64,000 nt of DNA from Octopus vulgaris (taxonomy: Eukaryota): NCBI GenBank assembly GCA_951406725.2, contig OX597833.1, positions 21,266,001 to 21,330,000 on the forward strand, in the 5' to 3' direction. Below are positions 26,644-41,342 of this stretch, in pieces; within the stretch, counting starts at the first letter, position 1; each line of letters opens with the position of its first letter. A program made the position numbers and the translations under genes. The notes below the pieces were generated by a model. It saw only the letters and a list, made by a program, of their open reading frames with translations. It did not search any database and was not told the DNA's origin.

Positions 26644-27224
26644 TGACACATATTTAGAAGAATAGGACACATAGGTGTGAATGATACTTCAAAGTTCATT
26701 ATTTCCTTCTACATCTGTTCTATATACCTACATGCCTACCTACCTACTTACATACATCTATACATATAATACACGCACACACATATATATATATAATGCA
26801 TATACAGGTACATATACACATATATTCATACAAATACATATACATCATTGCCTACATACTTTTATACATAAGAAATCAGAACACATAAAGCGGTAAATAT
26901 AAAACCCACGACGTATTTTGTTCGGTGGTTTTTCGTTTCTGCCACTCCTCCGCCCACATGATTCCCATTGCTCCCCATTTGCAAGTGGAGGAGGAGGTAT
27001 CGATGCATCGATACTTGTATCTAGATATAGCTGACACACACAATTACACCAGAGACACCGATGCACACTTCTGCTTCTTAATGACACCTTTTTGTGTCTG
27101 TAGCAGGTATTGAAGTTGTATCCTTTGATCTCTACTTCGTGCGATGATTGAATTTTCTTGAACTAAAATTATATAAATTGTGCCTATAAATGTAGAATCG
27201 ATAAAAACGACTGCAACAGCGGCG

Positions 27225-27311
27225 TCAACAACAACAACAACGGCAACAACAACGACGACGACGATAATAATAATAATAATAATGATAATAATATTAATAA
27301 TAATAATAATG

Positions 27312-27362
<51 letters not shown>

Positions 27363-27446
27363 TTAATAATAATAATATTAATAATAATAATAATAATAAT
27401 AATGATGATGATGATGATGATGATGATGATAATAATAATAATAATG

Positions 27447-27518
<72 letters not shown>

Positions 27519-27672
27519 TTAATAATATTAATAATAATAATAATAATAATAATAATGATGATGATTATGATGATGATAATAATAATAATAATAATAATAA
27601 TGATGATGATAATGATGTTGATGATGATGATGATGATGATGATAATAATAATAATAAAAACAATACTAATAG

Positions 27673-27769
<97 letters not shown>

Positions 27770-27959
27770 AACACCAGGACTTACAAACACATATAACATA
27801 CAGAAAATTGCACTACTGGCACTGCACACATCCTACGCAGAACACTTTCCATACAATAACCATCAGAGCATCACAACAAATCACAGCACAAACCCAAGGC
27901 ACACAGAGCTGTGCTCGGTAGTGAAGTGAAAGCACGCTATAAAAATAAAAATAAAACTA

Positions 27960-28016
<57 letters not shown>

Positions 28017-28019
28017 GAC

Positions 28020-28102
<83 letters not shown>

Positions 28103-28110
28103 GTAGAAGT
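27225..28110. repeat. Large (AAT)n/(GAT)n microsatellite block interrupted by a LINE 3' end
   Basis: Direct reading. Confidence 0.9.
27766..27962 (+). mobile_element. Extreme 3' end of an R4/Dong-like non-LTR retrotransposon inside (AAT)n
   Basis: TPGLTNTYNIQKIALL(G)TAHILRRTLSIQ* plus 3' UTR; same C-terminal motif as IQKTALLGTACILKRVLSL* at ~29290. Confidence 0.7.
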
Positions 28111-28389
28111 AGAGTATTTATTTTTCATAATAATAAAGACGATAATTTTCTTTTGGTTTTACTTTGCTTATATTTATAGCTAAATTTCGTTTTTAAAGAA
28201 CTGGGATTATTCGATCGATCGGTTTAATATTTCTCAATCCATGAGCCGATATTAATCCATCCATTTTCTGACACGCGCAACATCAATTCAAAGATTTAAG
28301 TTTAAAGAACGAATATCTTATCTCTGATTAAAGACACAGCAAACATTTGTGGCTTGTATGAACAGTAATAATAACAATGATTTCTTTAT

Positions 28390-28445
<56 letters not shown>

Positions 28446-28462
28446 TGATGATGATGATGATG

Positions 28463-29455
<993 letters not shown>

Positions 29456-29489
29456 ATAATAACAATACTAATAATAATGGTGAACAAAA

Positions 29490-29513
29490 GAAGAAGAAGA
29501 AGAAGAAGAAGAA

Positions 29514-29544
<31 letters not shown>

Positions 29545-29795
29545 TTATCAAATAAGACAAAATTACTGTTGTAATAAAGAAACAAAGAAAACGAACACCT
29601 TTTCTTTCTCTCTTTTTCTCTCTCTCTCTTTTTCTCTCTCTCTCTTTTTCTCTCTCTCTCTTTTTCTCTCCCTCTCTTTCTCTCTCTCTCTCTATTTCTA
29701 TCTCTCTCTCTCTCTAGCTCTCTCTCTATTTCTATCTCTCTCTCTCTAGCTCTCTCTCTCTAGCTCTCTCTCTCTCGCTCTCTCTCTCGCTCTCT
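29490..29795. repeat. (GAA)n and degenerate (CT)n microsatellites
   Basis: Direct reading. Confidence 0.85.
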
Positions 29796-29861
29796 ATAAA
29801 TATATAATATTGAAGAAATAGGAGTCAACAAGAAGGAGTACGGTTGGACAATTACTTTTTA

Positions 29862-29966
29862 ATCACTACAATTGTTTCCACACAACGTAGTTCTCCAAAA
29901 CTACAGGTATTTGATTATGCAACTGTTTGTTTGAAAATGAGATCTAGTTGTGTTTCCTCGGGTGAT
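29862..29966 (-). ncRNA. Type I hammerhead ribozyme with extended helix II, U4C variant (family G)
   Basis: Reverse complement ATCAC-CCGAGGA-A-ACACAAC...GTTGTGT-G-GAAA-CAATTGT-A-GTGAT; 5-bp helix I, 7-bp helix II, palindromic ACAATTGT helix III, GUA site. Confidence 0.65.
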
Positions 29967-30054
29967 ATTCAAGTACCATAAGGTGATTGTCCAGCATATG
30001 CCAGGTCCGAGTAGCAAACAATACGCCTAGCAAATAATACAATTAGTATATAAT

Positions 30055-30485
30055 ATTAGTTTCAGATTTTAGCGCAAGACCAGCAATTTCGGCGGATGGG
30101 TAAGTCAGTTACATCGACCTCAGTGTCTAACTGGTACTTACTTTATCGATCCTGAAAGGGTAAAAGGTAAAGACGACCTCTCGGAATTTGAACTCAGAAC
30201 ATAAAAACAGACGAAATGCCACAAAGCATTTTGCCCGACGAGCTAACGATTCTGCTAGCGCTCCACCATTAGTCAATAATATTGGTTTCAAATTTTGGCA
30301 CAAAGCCAACAGAGGGGGCAAGTCGATTACATCGACGCCGGTGCTCAACTGGTACTTTATTTTATCGACCCTCGAAAGAATGAAAAGCAAAGTCGACTTT
30401 GACAGAATTTCAACTCAGAAGATAGAGACGGACGAAATACCGCTACACATTTTGTCCGGCATGCTAACGATTTCGTTAGTGCGCC
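30055..30485 (-). mobile_element. Two SINE family A copies
   Basis: Reverse complement of family A. Confidence 0.75.
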
Positions 30486-30771
30486 ATTATCAGTCAATAT
30501 TATTAACTGATTTCTTACGAAAGACGTTGTTAGTCAGTTCAGAGGAACCACCCTTTGGTGTATAGTGGTAAAGAGAACTAAAGAATTCGAAATGCATTAA
30601 ATAGTCCAATAGCGGACGCTCTGAGCTGACTAAGGTGTTATGATATATATATATCACCGTGATCACCGTGACCGACCAGGCTATCAGATGTTGCTACACA
30701 TTGCTGGTCACAATGCGCTTAGCATTGTTTTAGCCTTAAAATGATGCCACCCCGCTGGCTAAGCGAGCAGG

Positions 30772-30860
<89 letters not shown>

Positions 30861-32984
30861 GATAGATAGATAGTGTAATAAATAAAATATATGCATACAT
30901 ACAAACATATATGTACGTACCTACATCTACATGTATATCTACATGCATATATAAATATATATATGTAAGTACAGGACACCACAAAAAGACGTAGAATTCA
31001 ACAGAAACGAAAACGGAAAAGCCATTTTTTTTTTTACAATAGAAAGACAGAGACGTGGAACAGGACGAGAACGAAAACTGTAAAATATATATATATATAT
31101 ATATATTGGCCTCAAGCGAGAATTATTTCTCCGTGACAAACTTCAGAGAAAAGCATTTTACTCGTACTGCTTCAAGTATCCCTCAAACATATTCGAACTG
31201 GTCTTAAGCTTGTCTATTCTCAGTCACTGCTTCGTGTATCTACTCACGCACAAAAGCATTTCTTCTCTCCTACTTCTCAGTCTTATCAATAATAAAATAC
31301 GATATAAAAAAATATATTATTATATTGCGCTCAACTCTACGAAAAATCGAATATTCATAATGGTGCTGAGAGCTGGGAAAGATTCCAAGATGATATGGTA
31401 AGGGTCAAACAGAAACACCAATCACACTGTATTGAACACTCTTGAGATCTTCAGGCTGGAATATAATGGTCTTCTTCTGTTAGGGCTTAAACATATACGC
31501 AAGCGCATACATATACACGGTCCACGCGTAAGCACATTCTTACTCCTTCCCACATCTACATATATGCACAGACACCCACACATGTACACAAACACATATA
31601 CATACATATATATGTACTCATTTACAAATTCACACACACAAACACATATCGATATATATACTCCGCAGATTCATATATGCATACGCCCCCCACAAAAAAA
31701 CTCCAACACATGTATACTCATACACACCATCAATCCGAATGCACCAGATGTTTCCCCTCTCAAGATCACCAGCTCTTTCAACAGTCTCAAGCCTCTACAC
31801 AATATCGTCTGCTAATATCGTCTGCTCTACTTCACCAAAAGAATCAATCACATAGATATAATTGCTAATTCTCGTATCTTCTTCAATAATTTACTCCAAT
31901 ATTTTACCATGTCAAAGCTCGTCTTCTTTAAAAAGACCAGAATTCTCTCCAACTCTTTCTGTCCCTCTGCCTCTCCCTCTCTCTCTGTTTCCATTTATTT
32001 ACTGTTCATCTAAGTATCATGTATTTATGCATGTATGTGTGTGTATATATGTGTGTATGTGTGTGTGTGTATGTGTGTGTATGTGTGTGTTAGAATCTAC
32101 ATCTCTAGCTCCCCATGCATCTCTGCTTTCGTCTTTTCCTCTATACCTGCATCTATACACATCTCTATCTCCCTTCTATTTCTCTCTCCCTTCGGCCATT
32201 TTTATCCTTCTGTTAAACTCACTAAAAATATAAATATATATATCAATAGCGAATATCTTACATAAACAGACGATTTTTGCATGAATGCAAAAGCTTGAAT
32301 GTTGTGTCTAGGCTAGCTGATGTAAACAATGACTTAATATTCTTCCCAATCAAACAAAATTCGATGCATAAATAATTACAGATTTGCTAAATTTGAAAGG
32401 TCGGGTCATTAAAACAAGAAGTAATGTCCCTGTGAAGAATCAATAGTCGAAACACAAAATACTGAATGAGTTGCGAATAATTCAATCAATCTGGCTGCAA
32501 AAACAGTTTCTTTTTCAGTTTCTCAACTGTAAACCGAGAAAGCGGTTGATCGCAATGGTTTCTCAGATGCATAACGATGGAGACAGTTATTGAATGAGAC
32601 TATACTTTTCATCAAAGTTAATTAAGTCAGAGCCAACATATTCTTAATGTAGTAAACATTCTATAATATAATTAGAACTATATATACGTCGAGGAGAAGA
32701 CAACGTTAGCGCAAAAGCTAAACACTTTGTGATTTATTAATTTTAGATATGCTAACATTTCACGCCTGTTTGTGTACAATATTGTACATCTGTTTAGTGA
32801 GTCTAATAATCATAAACAGGGAAAAGAGTGTGTTTCTCTGATAAGGTCTAATGAGAGCGAAAGATGCACGGAACGCAAAGGATTGAAACAGGTTCGACAT
32901 GGCATTTCGGCAGACACTCAAATAGTTCTGCCATTCCATTGGTAAATTTGACACCGGTGGGATTTGAATACAGAGCACAGTAAC

Positions 32985-33180
32985 CAAAAATATTTTGTTT
33001 ATTTTTCTGATCTTTACATTCTAAGTTCAAATCCCGTCGAGTTCACCTCTACCTTTCATTCACCGGGCGTCGACAAAATAAAATATCAATCAAGTACTGG
33101 AATCGATAGTATTGACTATACCTCTCCTCTTAAATTGCTACCCTTGTAGCTAAATTTCTACCTACATTAGAAACCATTAT
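32985..33180 (+). mobile_element. SINE family A, highly degenerate
   Basis: GTTCAAATCC..CCTTTCAT..GTCGACAAAATAA. Confidence 0.55.
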
Positions 33181-33369
33181 TGTAGTGTACAGAATATATT
33201 TTCTGCAAGGAATTAATTATGAAAATAGTGAAACAGAATAGGCTTCAATTTTGGATTGAAAATCCGAATCTGTGTCTTGTTCAATATGTTGTTCTTCGAC
33301 TTCTATCACATGAAAAGTGAGTACAGGGACTAAAAGCATATTTTTAGAAAGTTATTTTTTATTTATGTG

Positions 33370-33668
33370 CTTTTTTCAAGCCTATCCAGGCTCATGGGCC
33401 CGGTTTCCCGGTTTCTGTGGCGTATGTGTTCCCCCTAGCTGGACGTAACGCCCGTCTATCGCAGCGATACTCAAGAAACAGGAAGAGAGAGTGAGAGAAC
33501 GTTGGGGCGAAAGAGTAGAACAGGGGTCCCCACCACCCCTGCCAGAGCCTCGTGGAGCTTTAGATGTTTTCGCTCAACAAACACACACAACGCCAGGTCT
33601 GGGAATCGAAACCGCGATCCTCAGACCGCGAGTCCGCTGCTCTAACCACTGGGCCATTGCGCCTCCAC
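33370..33668 (-). mobile_element. SINE family C, full length
   Basis: Reverse complement of 2812-3115. Confidence 0.85.
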
Positions 33669-34108
33669 TTTAGAAAGTTAAGATGTATATATTTTGTTTT
33701 CATCATTTTTTATCATCTTTTGTGAACAATAGCGTCGTTGAAGTGGCAATATTCGAGCCACTTCATTTGCGAAGACTTAAATGTCCTGGTTATGATTTTA
33801 AACTGCATCCGGTGGTTGTGCTCCGGTTCGAAAATTCAAAGGTTTTGAGGAGTATGGAACCCACTATTGTTCCCAGGTCTAATCTGACCCAAAATATATA
33901 TTTCTCCTACCTATTTCAGTCATTGAACATGCTGGGCCACCAGATTGAACAGTTTTAGTCGAACGAAACGATCCCAGTACTTGACTTTATTTTTTAAGCC
34001 TGGTATTTATTTTATCAGCTTCTTTGGTTGAACTATTAGGTTACGTGGATGCAAACCGGTTGTCAAGCTGGGACGGGAGGTAAGCACAGACACAAACACA
34101 CACACACA

Positions 34109-34161
<53 letters not shown>

Positions 34162-34175
34162 ACACACACACAACA

Positions 34176-34213
<38 letters not shown>

Positions 34214-34249
34214 TTGGAAATGGATGCGTGGCGTTCGATCATATAATAA

Positions 34250-34590
34250 GTGTTTTCTACTATAGCCTCGACCGGACCAAGGCCTTGCGAGTGGATTTGG
34301 TAGACAGAAACTGAAAGAGGCCCGTCGTATATATGTGTGTGTGTGTGTGGGGGGGGGGTGTATTTGTGTGTCTGTGTGCGTGTGTGGGGGGTGTATTTGT
34401 GTGTCTGTGCTTGTCCCCCCTCCAACGCTTAACAACCGATGTTGACGTGTTTACGTCCCCGTAACTTAGCGTTTCGGCAAAAAAGTCCGATAGAATAAGT
34501 ACTAGTCTTACAAAGAAAAAGTCATGGGGTTGATTTGTTCGACTAAAGTCGGTGCTCCAGCATGGCCGCAGTCAAATAACTGAAACAGAA
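34250..34590 (+). mobile_element. SINE family B, 5'-truncated
   Basis: Family homology. Confidence 0.8.
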
Positions 34591-34591
34591 G

Positions 34592-34815
34592 ACGTCGTCT
34601 CCAGCTGAGTGGGGGGGGGGCTAGATTACCTTGTCTGAAAATATAAGGAACAGGTCGTGTCATATAGCCAGCTGGAGACAATGTCTCCTGGGGCTAAATT
34701 ACAGCAACATTCGTCCTAAACCAGGACTGCCATGTTATGTTGGCAAACAAGCTTTTCTACAAACTACTGTTGCTGAATATCTCTGGTTGTGAGATTTACA
34801 AATAGTAATTTTTCC
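34592..34815. mobile_element. Partial copy of the fold-back element also seen at 36935-37165
   Basis: Shared CCTGGGGCTAAATTACAGCAACATTCGTCCTAAACCAGGACTGCCAT arm and downstream flank. Confidence 0.65.
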
Positions 34816-35327
34816 AATATATATGTTTGTATATATATATATATATATACATGTGTGCGCGCACGTGTGTATGTGTGTGTATGCATGTATGCATGTATAT
34901 ATGTGAATGTGCGTGCGTTCATATACATGAAGTAAACGTTTGTATGTACGTACATAAATGTATAGTTATATAAGCGTGTGTGTATACGTGCGCGTGCACT
35001 TCATACATTCTTCTTATCTGAAGACTAAGTTTGGCTGGACCAAAATTCCTGCTTCCAGACTTTATCTGATTACAATCGACTTTCATTTCTAAACAATTGA
35101 GATGAAACATAGTCTTCAGTTGAATATTAATATCAATATGTAAATCAGGTTTTCTCATCTAATTAATTATCAAATGCTAATCAATGGTGTTAAAATATTT
35201 TATCAGATGTTTGTCTATGAAGTCCATGAATAAATTCTAATTTGAATATTACCAAGATATACACTTCCCTCTAAAGTGCTGGCCTTGTGCCAAAATTTGA
35301 AACCAAAGTAATAGTTTCTATGATATA

Positions 35328-36120
35328 AAGGCGGCGTGCTGGCAGAAACGTTAGCACGCCGGGCGAAATGCGTAGCCGTATTTCGTCTGCCGTTACGTTC
35401 TGAGTTCAAATTCCGCCGAGGTCGACTTTGCCTTTCATCCTTTCGGGGTCGATAAATTAAGTACCAGTTACGCACTGGAGTCGATGTAATCGACTTAATC
35501 CGTTTATCTGTACTTGTTGGTCCTCTCTTTATTTAGCTCCTTGTGGGTAATAAAGAAACAGGTATTTCGTCCGCCGCTGTGTTCTGAGTTCAAATTCTGC
35601 CGAGGTCAACTTTGCCTTTCATCCTTTCGGAGTCTATTAAATAAGTACCAGTTACGCATTGGGGTCGATATAATCGAATTAATCCCTTTGTCTGTCCTTG
35701 TTTGTCCTCTCTGTGTTTAGCCCCTTGTGGGTAGTAAAGAAACAGGTATTTCATACGTCTCTATATTCTGGGTTCAAATTCCGCCGGAGTCTGCTTTGCT
35801 TTTCATCTTTTCGATGAATACTAGGTTCGGTATAAGCGACTTAGCACCCCCTCCCACTAAATTGCTGGCCTTGTGCCAAAATTTGAAAGTAATATTACTC
35901 GGATATACGGTGGCGTGTTGGCGGAATCGTTAGCGCGTCGGATAAAATGCTTTGCAGAAATGCTTCCGGTTCTTTACGCTCTGAGTTCAAACACGGGCGA
36001 AGTCGTTATTGTCTTTCATATTTGAATAAAATAAGTACCAACTGAACACTGGGGTCGATGTAATCGTTTAGCCCCTTCCCACAACATTTCAGACCTTGTG
36101 CCTATAACAGAAAGAAGTAG
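35328..36120 (+). mobile_element. Cluster of tandem SINE family A copies
   Basis: Four consecutive family A modules. Confidence 0.85.
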
Positions 36121-36169
36121 TGAGCCGGCCAGTTAATAGAATTGTTAGCAGGGCGTACCAAGTATTTTT

Positions 36170-37590
36170 CCTTGCTAAAAATTTTAGTATTCACCTCTCT
36201 CACCACACCATCCCTATATAAATTAAACAGCCTCCGAGACATCATAGAACCCTGCCTTAACCCCAACTTCACATCAACCACTCACTTACTTCACCATCCA
36301 CCTTAACACAAGCCCTACTTTCTCTATAAAAATTCTGTACCGCTCTCAACAATCTACCATCTGCTCCATACAACCGCAACATCTGCCACATTGCACCCCT
36401 ATCCACACGGTCATATGCTTTCTCTAAGTCCATAAAGGCCCAATACACCTCCCTCCCTTTTGCCAAAAACTTCTCACACATCTGTCTTACTACAAATATT
36501 TGATCTGCACACCCCCTTCTACTCCTAAAACTACACTGCTCCTCTCCTAGTACACTCTGTCCGGTTCCTCACCCTTACAATCAGAATTCTCCCATACGGC
36601 TTACCAACCATACACAACAGGCTTATACCCCTAAAATTTCCACACTCAAATTTATCCCCTTTCCCCTTGTATTCTTCCAGTCATATAAAAAACATTCATA
36701 AGCCTCACTAACCATTCAATCCACGGTCACTCCTCCTTTCTTTGGGCATTCCACTGTACACCCATCTATACCTGGCGCCTTCTAGTTTGCTATTTTCTGA
36801 AAGGATTCCCTCACCTCCTCCCTTCCAGTTGCACCATAGTTCCATTCCCCACCAACAGGCATTCTCCTCTCTCTTCCTCCCTAACATCCTCCACATTTCT
36901 TACCCTCTGTACCTCTTTCCAAAACGTCTTTTTATTTGGAGAAAAGGTTGTTTGCCTACATAACATGGCAGTCCTGGTTTAGGACGAATGTTGCTGTAAT
37001 TTAGCCCCAGGAGACATCGTATCCATCTGGCTATACGACACGATCCTGGGGCTAAATTACAGCATCATTCGTCCTAAACCAGGACTGCCATCTTATGTAG
37101 GCAAATAATCTTTACTCCAAAGTACTGTTGCTGAATATGTTGTGAGATTTAGAAATAGTAATTTTCTAATGTTTTTATTTCTTACAAAATTTTCACTCAA
37201 CTTTTTCCCGAGCCTTTCACTCGCCTCTCATTTCGCCACCTTCACCACTCTCTTTACTCTCCTCTTCACCTCTGTAGCGATCATAAGCCTTTCCATCCCT
37301 TTTCTGCAACCACTCTTCAAAGGCCTTTTTCTTCTCTGCTACCGCATCTCTTACCTGCTCATTCCACCACTCACTACCTTTCCTCACGCTCATTCCAACC
37401 ACTCGTGTACCACATACCTCAGAGGCACATCGGATTACTGCCTCTCTAAAAATCTTCCACATCTCCTACCTCTGTTCATATTCACCTTTCAGTTTCTCTA
37501 CATACTCTTGCTTCTTCTCTCTCCTATCCAGTTCACTCACCTTCACAACCTCTCTCCTCCATGTCACTCGTCTAGCATTCCCTTTTGAGC
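36170..37590 (-). mobile_element. Decayed RTE-clade LINE reverse transcriptase fragment, interrupted by a fold-back MITE
   Basis: KGKGDKFECGNFRGISLL..EEQCSFR..GCADQIFVVRQMCEK..AFMDLEKAYDRV..GLRQG..LFNLY. Confidence 0.85.
36935..37165. mobile_element. Fold-back (palindromic) MITE-like element
   Basis: About 75-bp arms at 36935-37012 and 37045-37121 are near-perfect inverted repeats. Confidence 0.7.
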
Positions 37591-37594
37591 GGAA

Positions 37595-37950
37595 TAAGTG
37601 CTTAGCAGTATTTCACCTGTCTTTACCTTCTGAGTTCAAATTCTGCATAGGTTGAATTTGCCTTTCATTCTTTCGATAAACTAAGTACCAGTTACGCACT
37701 GGGGTCGATATAATCGATTTAATCCGTTTGTCTGCCTTTGTTTGTCCCCTCTGTGTGTAGCCCCTTGTGGGTAGTAAAGAAATAGGAAACTGTGTAGAAG
37801 GCCGTCGAGAGTGGCTGTGTGGTAAGAAGCTTGCTTCCCAGCCACACAGTTCCGGGTCCAGTTCCATTGCGTGAAACTTTCTACTATAGCCTCGGGCTGC
37901 CCAAAGCCTTGTGTGTAGATTTGGTAGATCGAAACCGAAAGAGGCCCGTC

Positions 37951-38025
<75 letters not shown>

Positions 38026-38290
38026 TATGTATGTGTGTATGTATATATATATATATGTGTATGTATATATATATATTTATATGTGTGTGTTTTATGTCTG
38101 TTTGTCCCTCCATCACCGCTTGACAACCGGTGTTGATGTATCTACGTCCCCCTAGCTTAGCGTTTCGGCAAAAGAGACCGATAGACTGAGTACCGGGCTT
38201 AACAAATAAGTACTGGGGTCGATTCAGTCGACTAAAAACTCAAAGTGGTGCCCCAGCATGGCCGCAGTCAAATGACTGAAACGAGAAAAA
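37595..38290 (+). mobile_element. SINE family A copy followed by a SINE family B copy
   Basis: Family homology (A 37595-37790; B 37805-38290). Confidence 0.8.
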
Positions 38291-38305
38291 GATAGAAGAC
38301 AAAAG

Positions 38306-38341
<36 letters not shown>

Positions 38342-38969
38342 GATATAGTCGGTAAATGGAATACACAGGAAACTTTGTTGCTCACAACGATCGTTTGGAC
38401 ACATTCATCATTGATTCGTCGCAGTTGAGAAACTATACAACTAGTTATGATGTAGAAGCGTCTCTTCAAGTGATGTAATAAGAGATATCTCGTTAAATGG
38501 ATTCTGTTCCGCTTTGGATATAATACGGCATGTTAGTGACCGTGAATTTAATCTGTGGAGCTTAAACCTACAGTCACTAACAACATGCCGACCTGCCAAC
38601 CGGCTTAAAACTACGGTATGTGTTATGAGTGCGTGTATGTTTGAATGTATGTGTGTGCGCGGGCGATTGCATATTCCTGCGCGATGATTTACGCAGACAG
38701 ACAGATACACAGACATATAGTGCAACATGACTGATTTTAATCGTGCCTCTATCGCGTCTTCATGACAATGCTCTTCGTCTCCAAAGTCAAGATCTGGTGA
38801 TCTGACCTCAAGTTTCAGGTGGCTGAATGCAGTGTCAGACAGCCGACAAGCCAGCCAATCAACCAGCCAGACGGCAGCTAAGTGTTCTGACCGCATTCTC
38901 ACACGTTTCATTCATCATTCATTGATCTTCAATAATTATTTAATGTTTTACTGGGCAACGCGCTGTTAG

Positions 38970-39034
<65 letters not shown>

Positions 39035-39182
39035 TTTATGTTCCTGTAATAACTTCCATTGCAATATTATACAATACACGTGTATGTGTAAGTATATGCA
39101 TGTATATATATGTATATACGTATGAATGAATGTGTGTATGTGTATATATACATGTATGTGTATATATACATGTATGTATATG

Positions 39183-39253
<71 letters not shown>

Positions 39254-39291
39254 TGTATATATATGTCTATAAATATATATATATATATATC

Positions 39292-39333
<42 letters not shown>

Positions 39334-40452
39334 ATATATATATATATATATTATGTGTGTGTGTGTGTGTGTGTACATATACATATACGCACATACATAT
39401 GCATACACACACATCACTGTTCGCTGCTGAAATAACACGGAAGTCTGGTAGTGGAAGTAACAACGGTGGTGGTGGTCGTGGTGGTGGTACCGGCGGTGGC
39501 AGCGGCGGCAGTAGCAGCACCACCACCACCAGTAGTAGTAGTAGTAGTAGTAGTAGTAGCAGCAGCAGCAGTAGTGGCGCTGCTGGTTAGTTACCTTTGT
39601 AGCCGTTTTGTGATGGTGATGTTTTAAAAAAATGATAACAACAAATGGTGGTGCCCCAGCATGGCCACAGCTCGTGAGCTGAAACAAGATAAAATAAAAT
39701 TTTTTAAAAAAAAACCGTGATGGTTGGAGTTTGTTTGCCTTGGATGCGAAGCTACTGCTGTTTAACCCCTACGCAAGGGCGTTATTCGAGGCGTTCCAGC
39801 CGTGACTAACCCATCTAGTACAATAGTAATCAATGTGCCCATTTTTTTTTTTTTTTTGTCTTTTTCAAGGCAGAATCTAATGATTTGAGGAAGATTTTCG
39901 TTGCTATTTCTTTCATTTCGTAAGGTCAGCATAGAGAACTTCCAATACATTCAAGTAATAATTGCTATGTTGTTGTTGCTGTTAGTGGTGGTGGTGGTGG
40001 TGGTGCTGCTGCTGCTACTGCTGATGTTGCTCTTGCTCTTGTTCTTGCTATTATTGCCGTTATTGATGCTGTTGTTGTTGTTGCTTACGCCCAGAAGGCC
40101 TCTGATGAAAAAAGTCCCAACCGCGACCATCGCATCTTTCTTTCCTATATGCAAGGGACCCGAGACTACATTATCCAAAGGTGTCGCTCCTTGAGACAGT
40201 AAGATGGAAATTAAAAGAGATTTGACTGTTATTTCTAATATATCGAGCGACCACGTAAGGGATCCTTCGTCATCGATGGCGGGAGAAGTGGCTGCACACA
40301 ATACTTCACACACATATACACATACATATATTACTCTACCTTTGGTATTTGAGTACTATATTTTCCACCTTCTTTTGAACTTGTGTTCAATAGTGTACAT
40401 ACATACATACATACATACATACATACATACATACATACATACATACATACAT

Positions 40453-40862
40453 AGGCGCAGGAATGGCTGTGTGGTAAGTAGCTTGCTAACCAGCCACATG
40501 GTTCCGAGTTCAGTCCCTTGGGTAAGTGTCTTGGGTAAGTGTCTTCTGCTATAGTCCCGGGCCAACCAATGCCTTGTGAGTGGATTTGGTAGACGGAAAC
40601 TGAAAGAAGCCTGTCGTATATATGTATATATATATGTGTGTGTGTGTGTGTTTCTGTGTCTGTGTTTGTCCCCCTAGCATTGCTTGACAACCGATGCTGG
40701 TGTGTTTACGTCCCCGTCACTTAGCGGTTCGGCATAAAAGCGACCGATAGAATAAGTACTGGGCTTACAAAGAATAAGTCCCGGGGTCGATTTGTTCGAC
40801 TAAAGGCGGTGCTCTAGCATGGCCGCAGTCAAATGACTGAAACAAGTAAAAGAGTAAAAGAG
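40453..40862 (+). mobile_element. SINE family B, full length
   Basis: Family homology. Confidence 0.9.
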
Positions 40863-40984
40863 TATACATACATACATACATACATACGCACATATATATA
40901 TATAATGTATATTGTATGCGTGTATATGTGTGTGTATGTATGTATGTATATATATACATATACACAGTATGTATTTGTGTGTAT

Positions 40985-41342
40985 TCTTTTATTCTTTTAC
41001 TTGTTTCAGTCATTTGACCGTGGCCATGCTGGAGCACCGCCTTTAGTCGAACAAATCGACCCCAGGACTTATTCTTTGTAAGCCTAGTACTTATTGTATT
41101 GGTCTCTATCAGTTGCCAAGCGATAGTGGAGTGGGGGAGACAAACACAGACACACACATACATATATATACATATATACATATACATACGACAGGCTTCT
41201 TTCAGTTTCCGTTCACCAAATTCACTCACAAGACTTTGGTCAGCCCGAGCCTATAGTAGAAGACACTTATCCATGGTGCCACGCAGTGTGACTGAACCTG
41301 GAACCGTGTAGTTAAGAAGCAAGCTTTTCACCACACAGCCAT
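40985..41342 (-). mobile_element. SINE family B, inverted relative to its neighbours
   Basis: Reverse complement of family B. Confidence 0.85.

Noticed and set aside
27044-27929. Long ORFs of 249-261 aa (poly-Ile/Met)
   Set aside because: Translations of (AAT)n/(GAT)n microsatellite
38441-38911. 156-aa minus-strand ORF in unique sequence
   Set aside because: No recognisable domain; runs through microsatellite-like sequence
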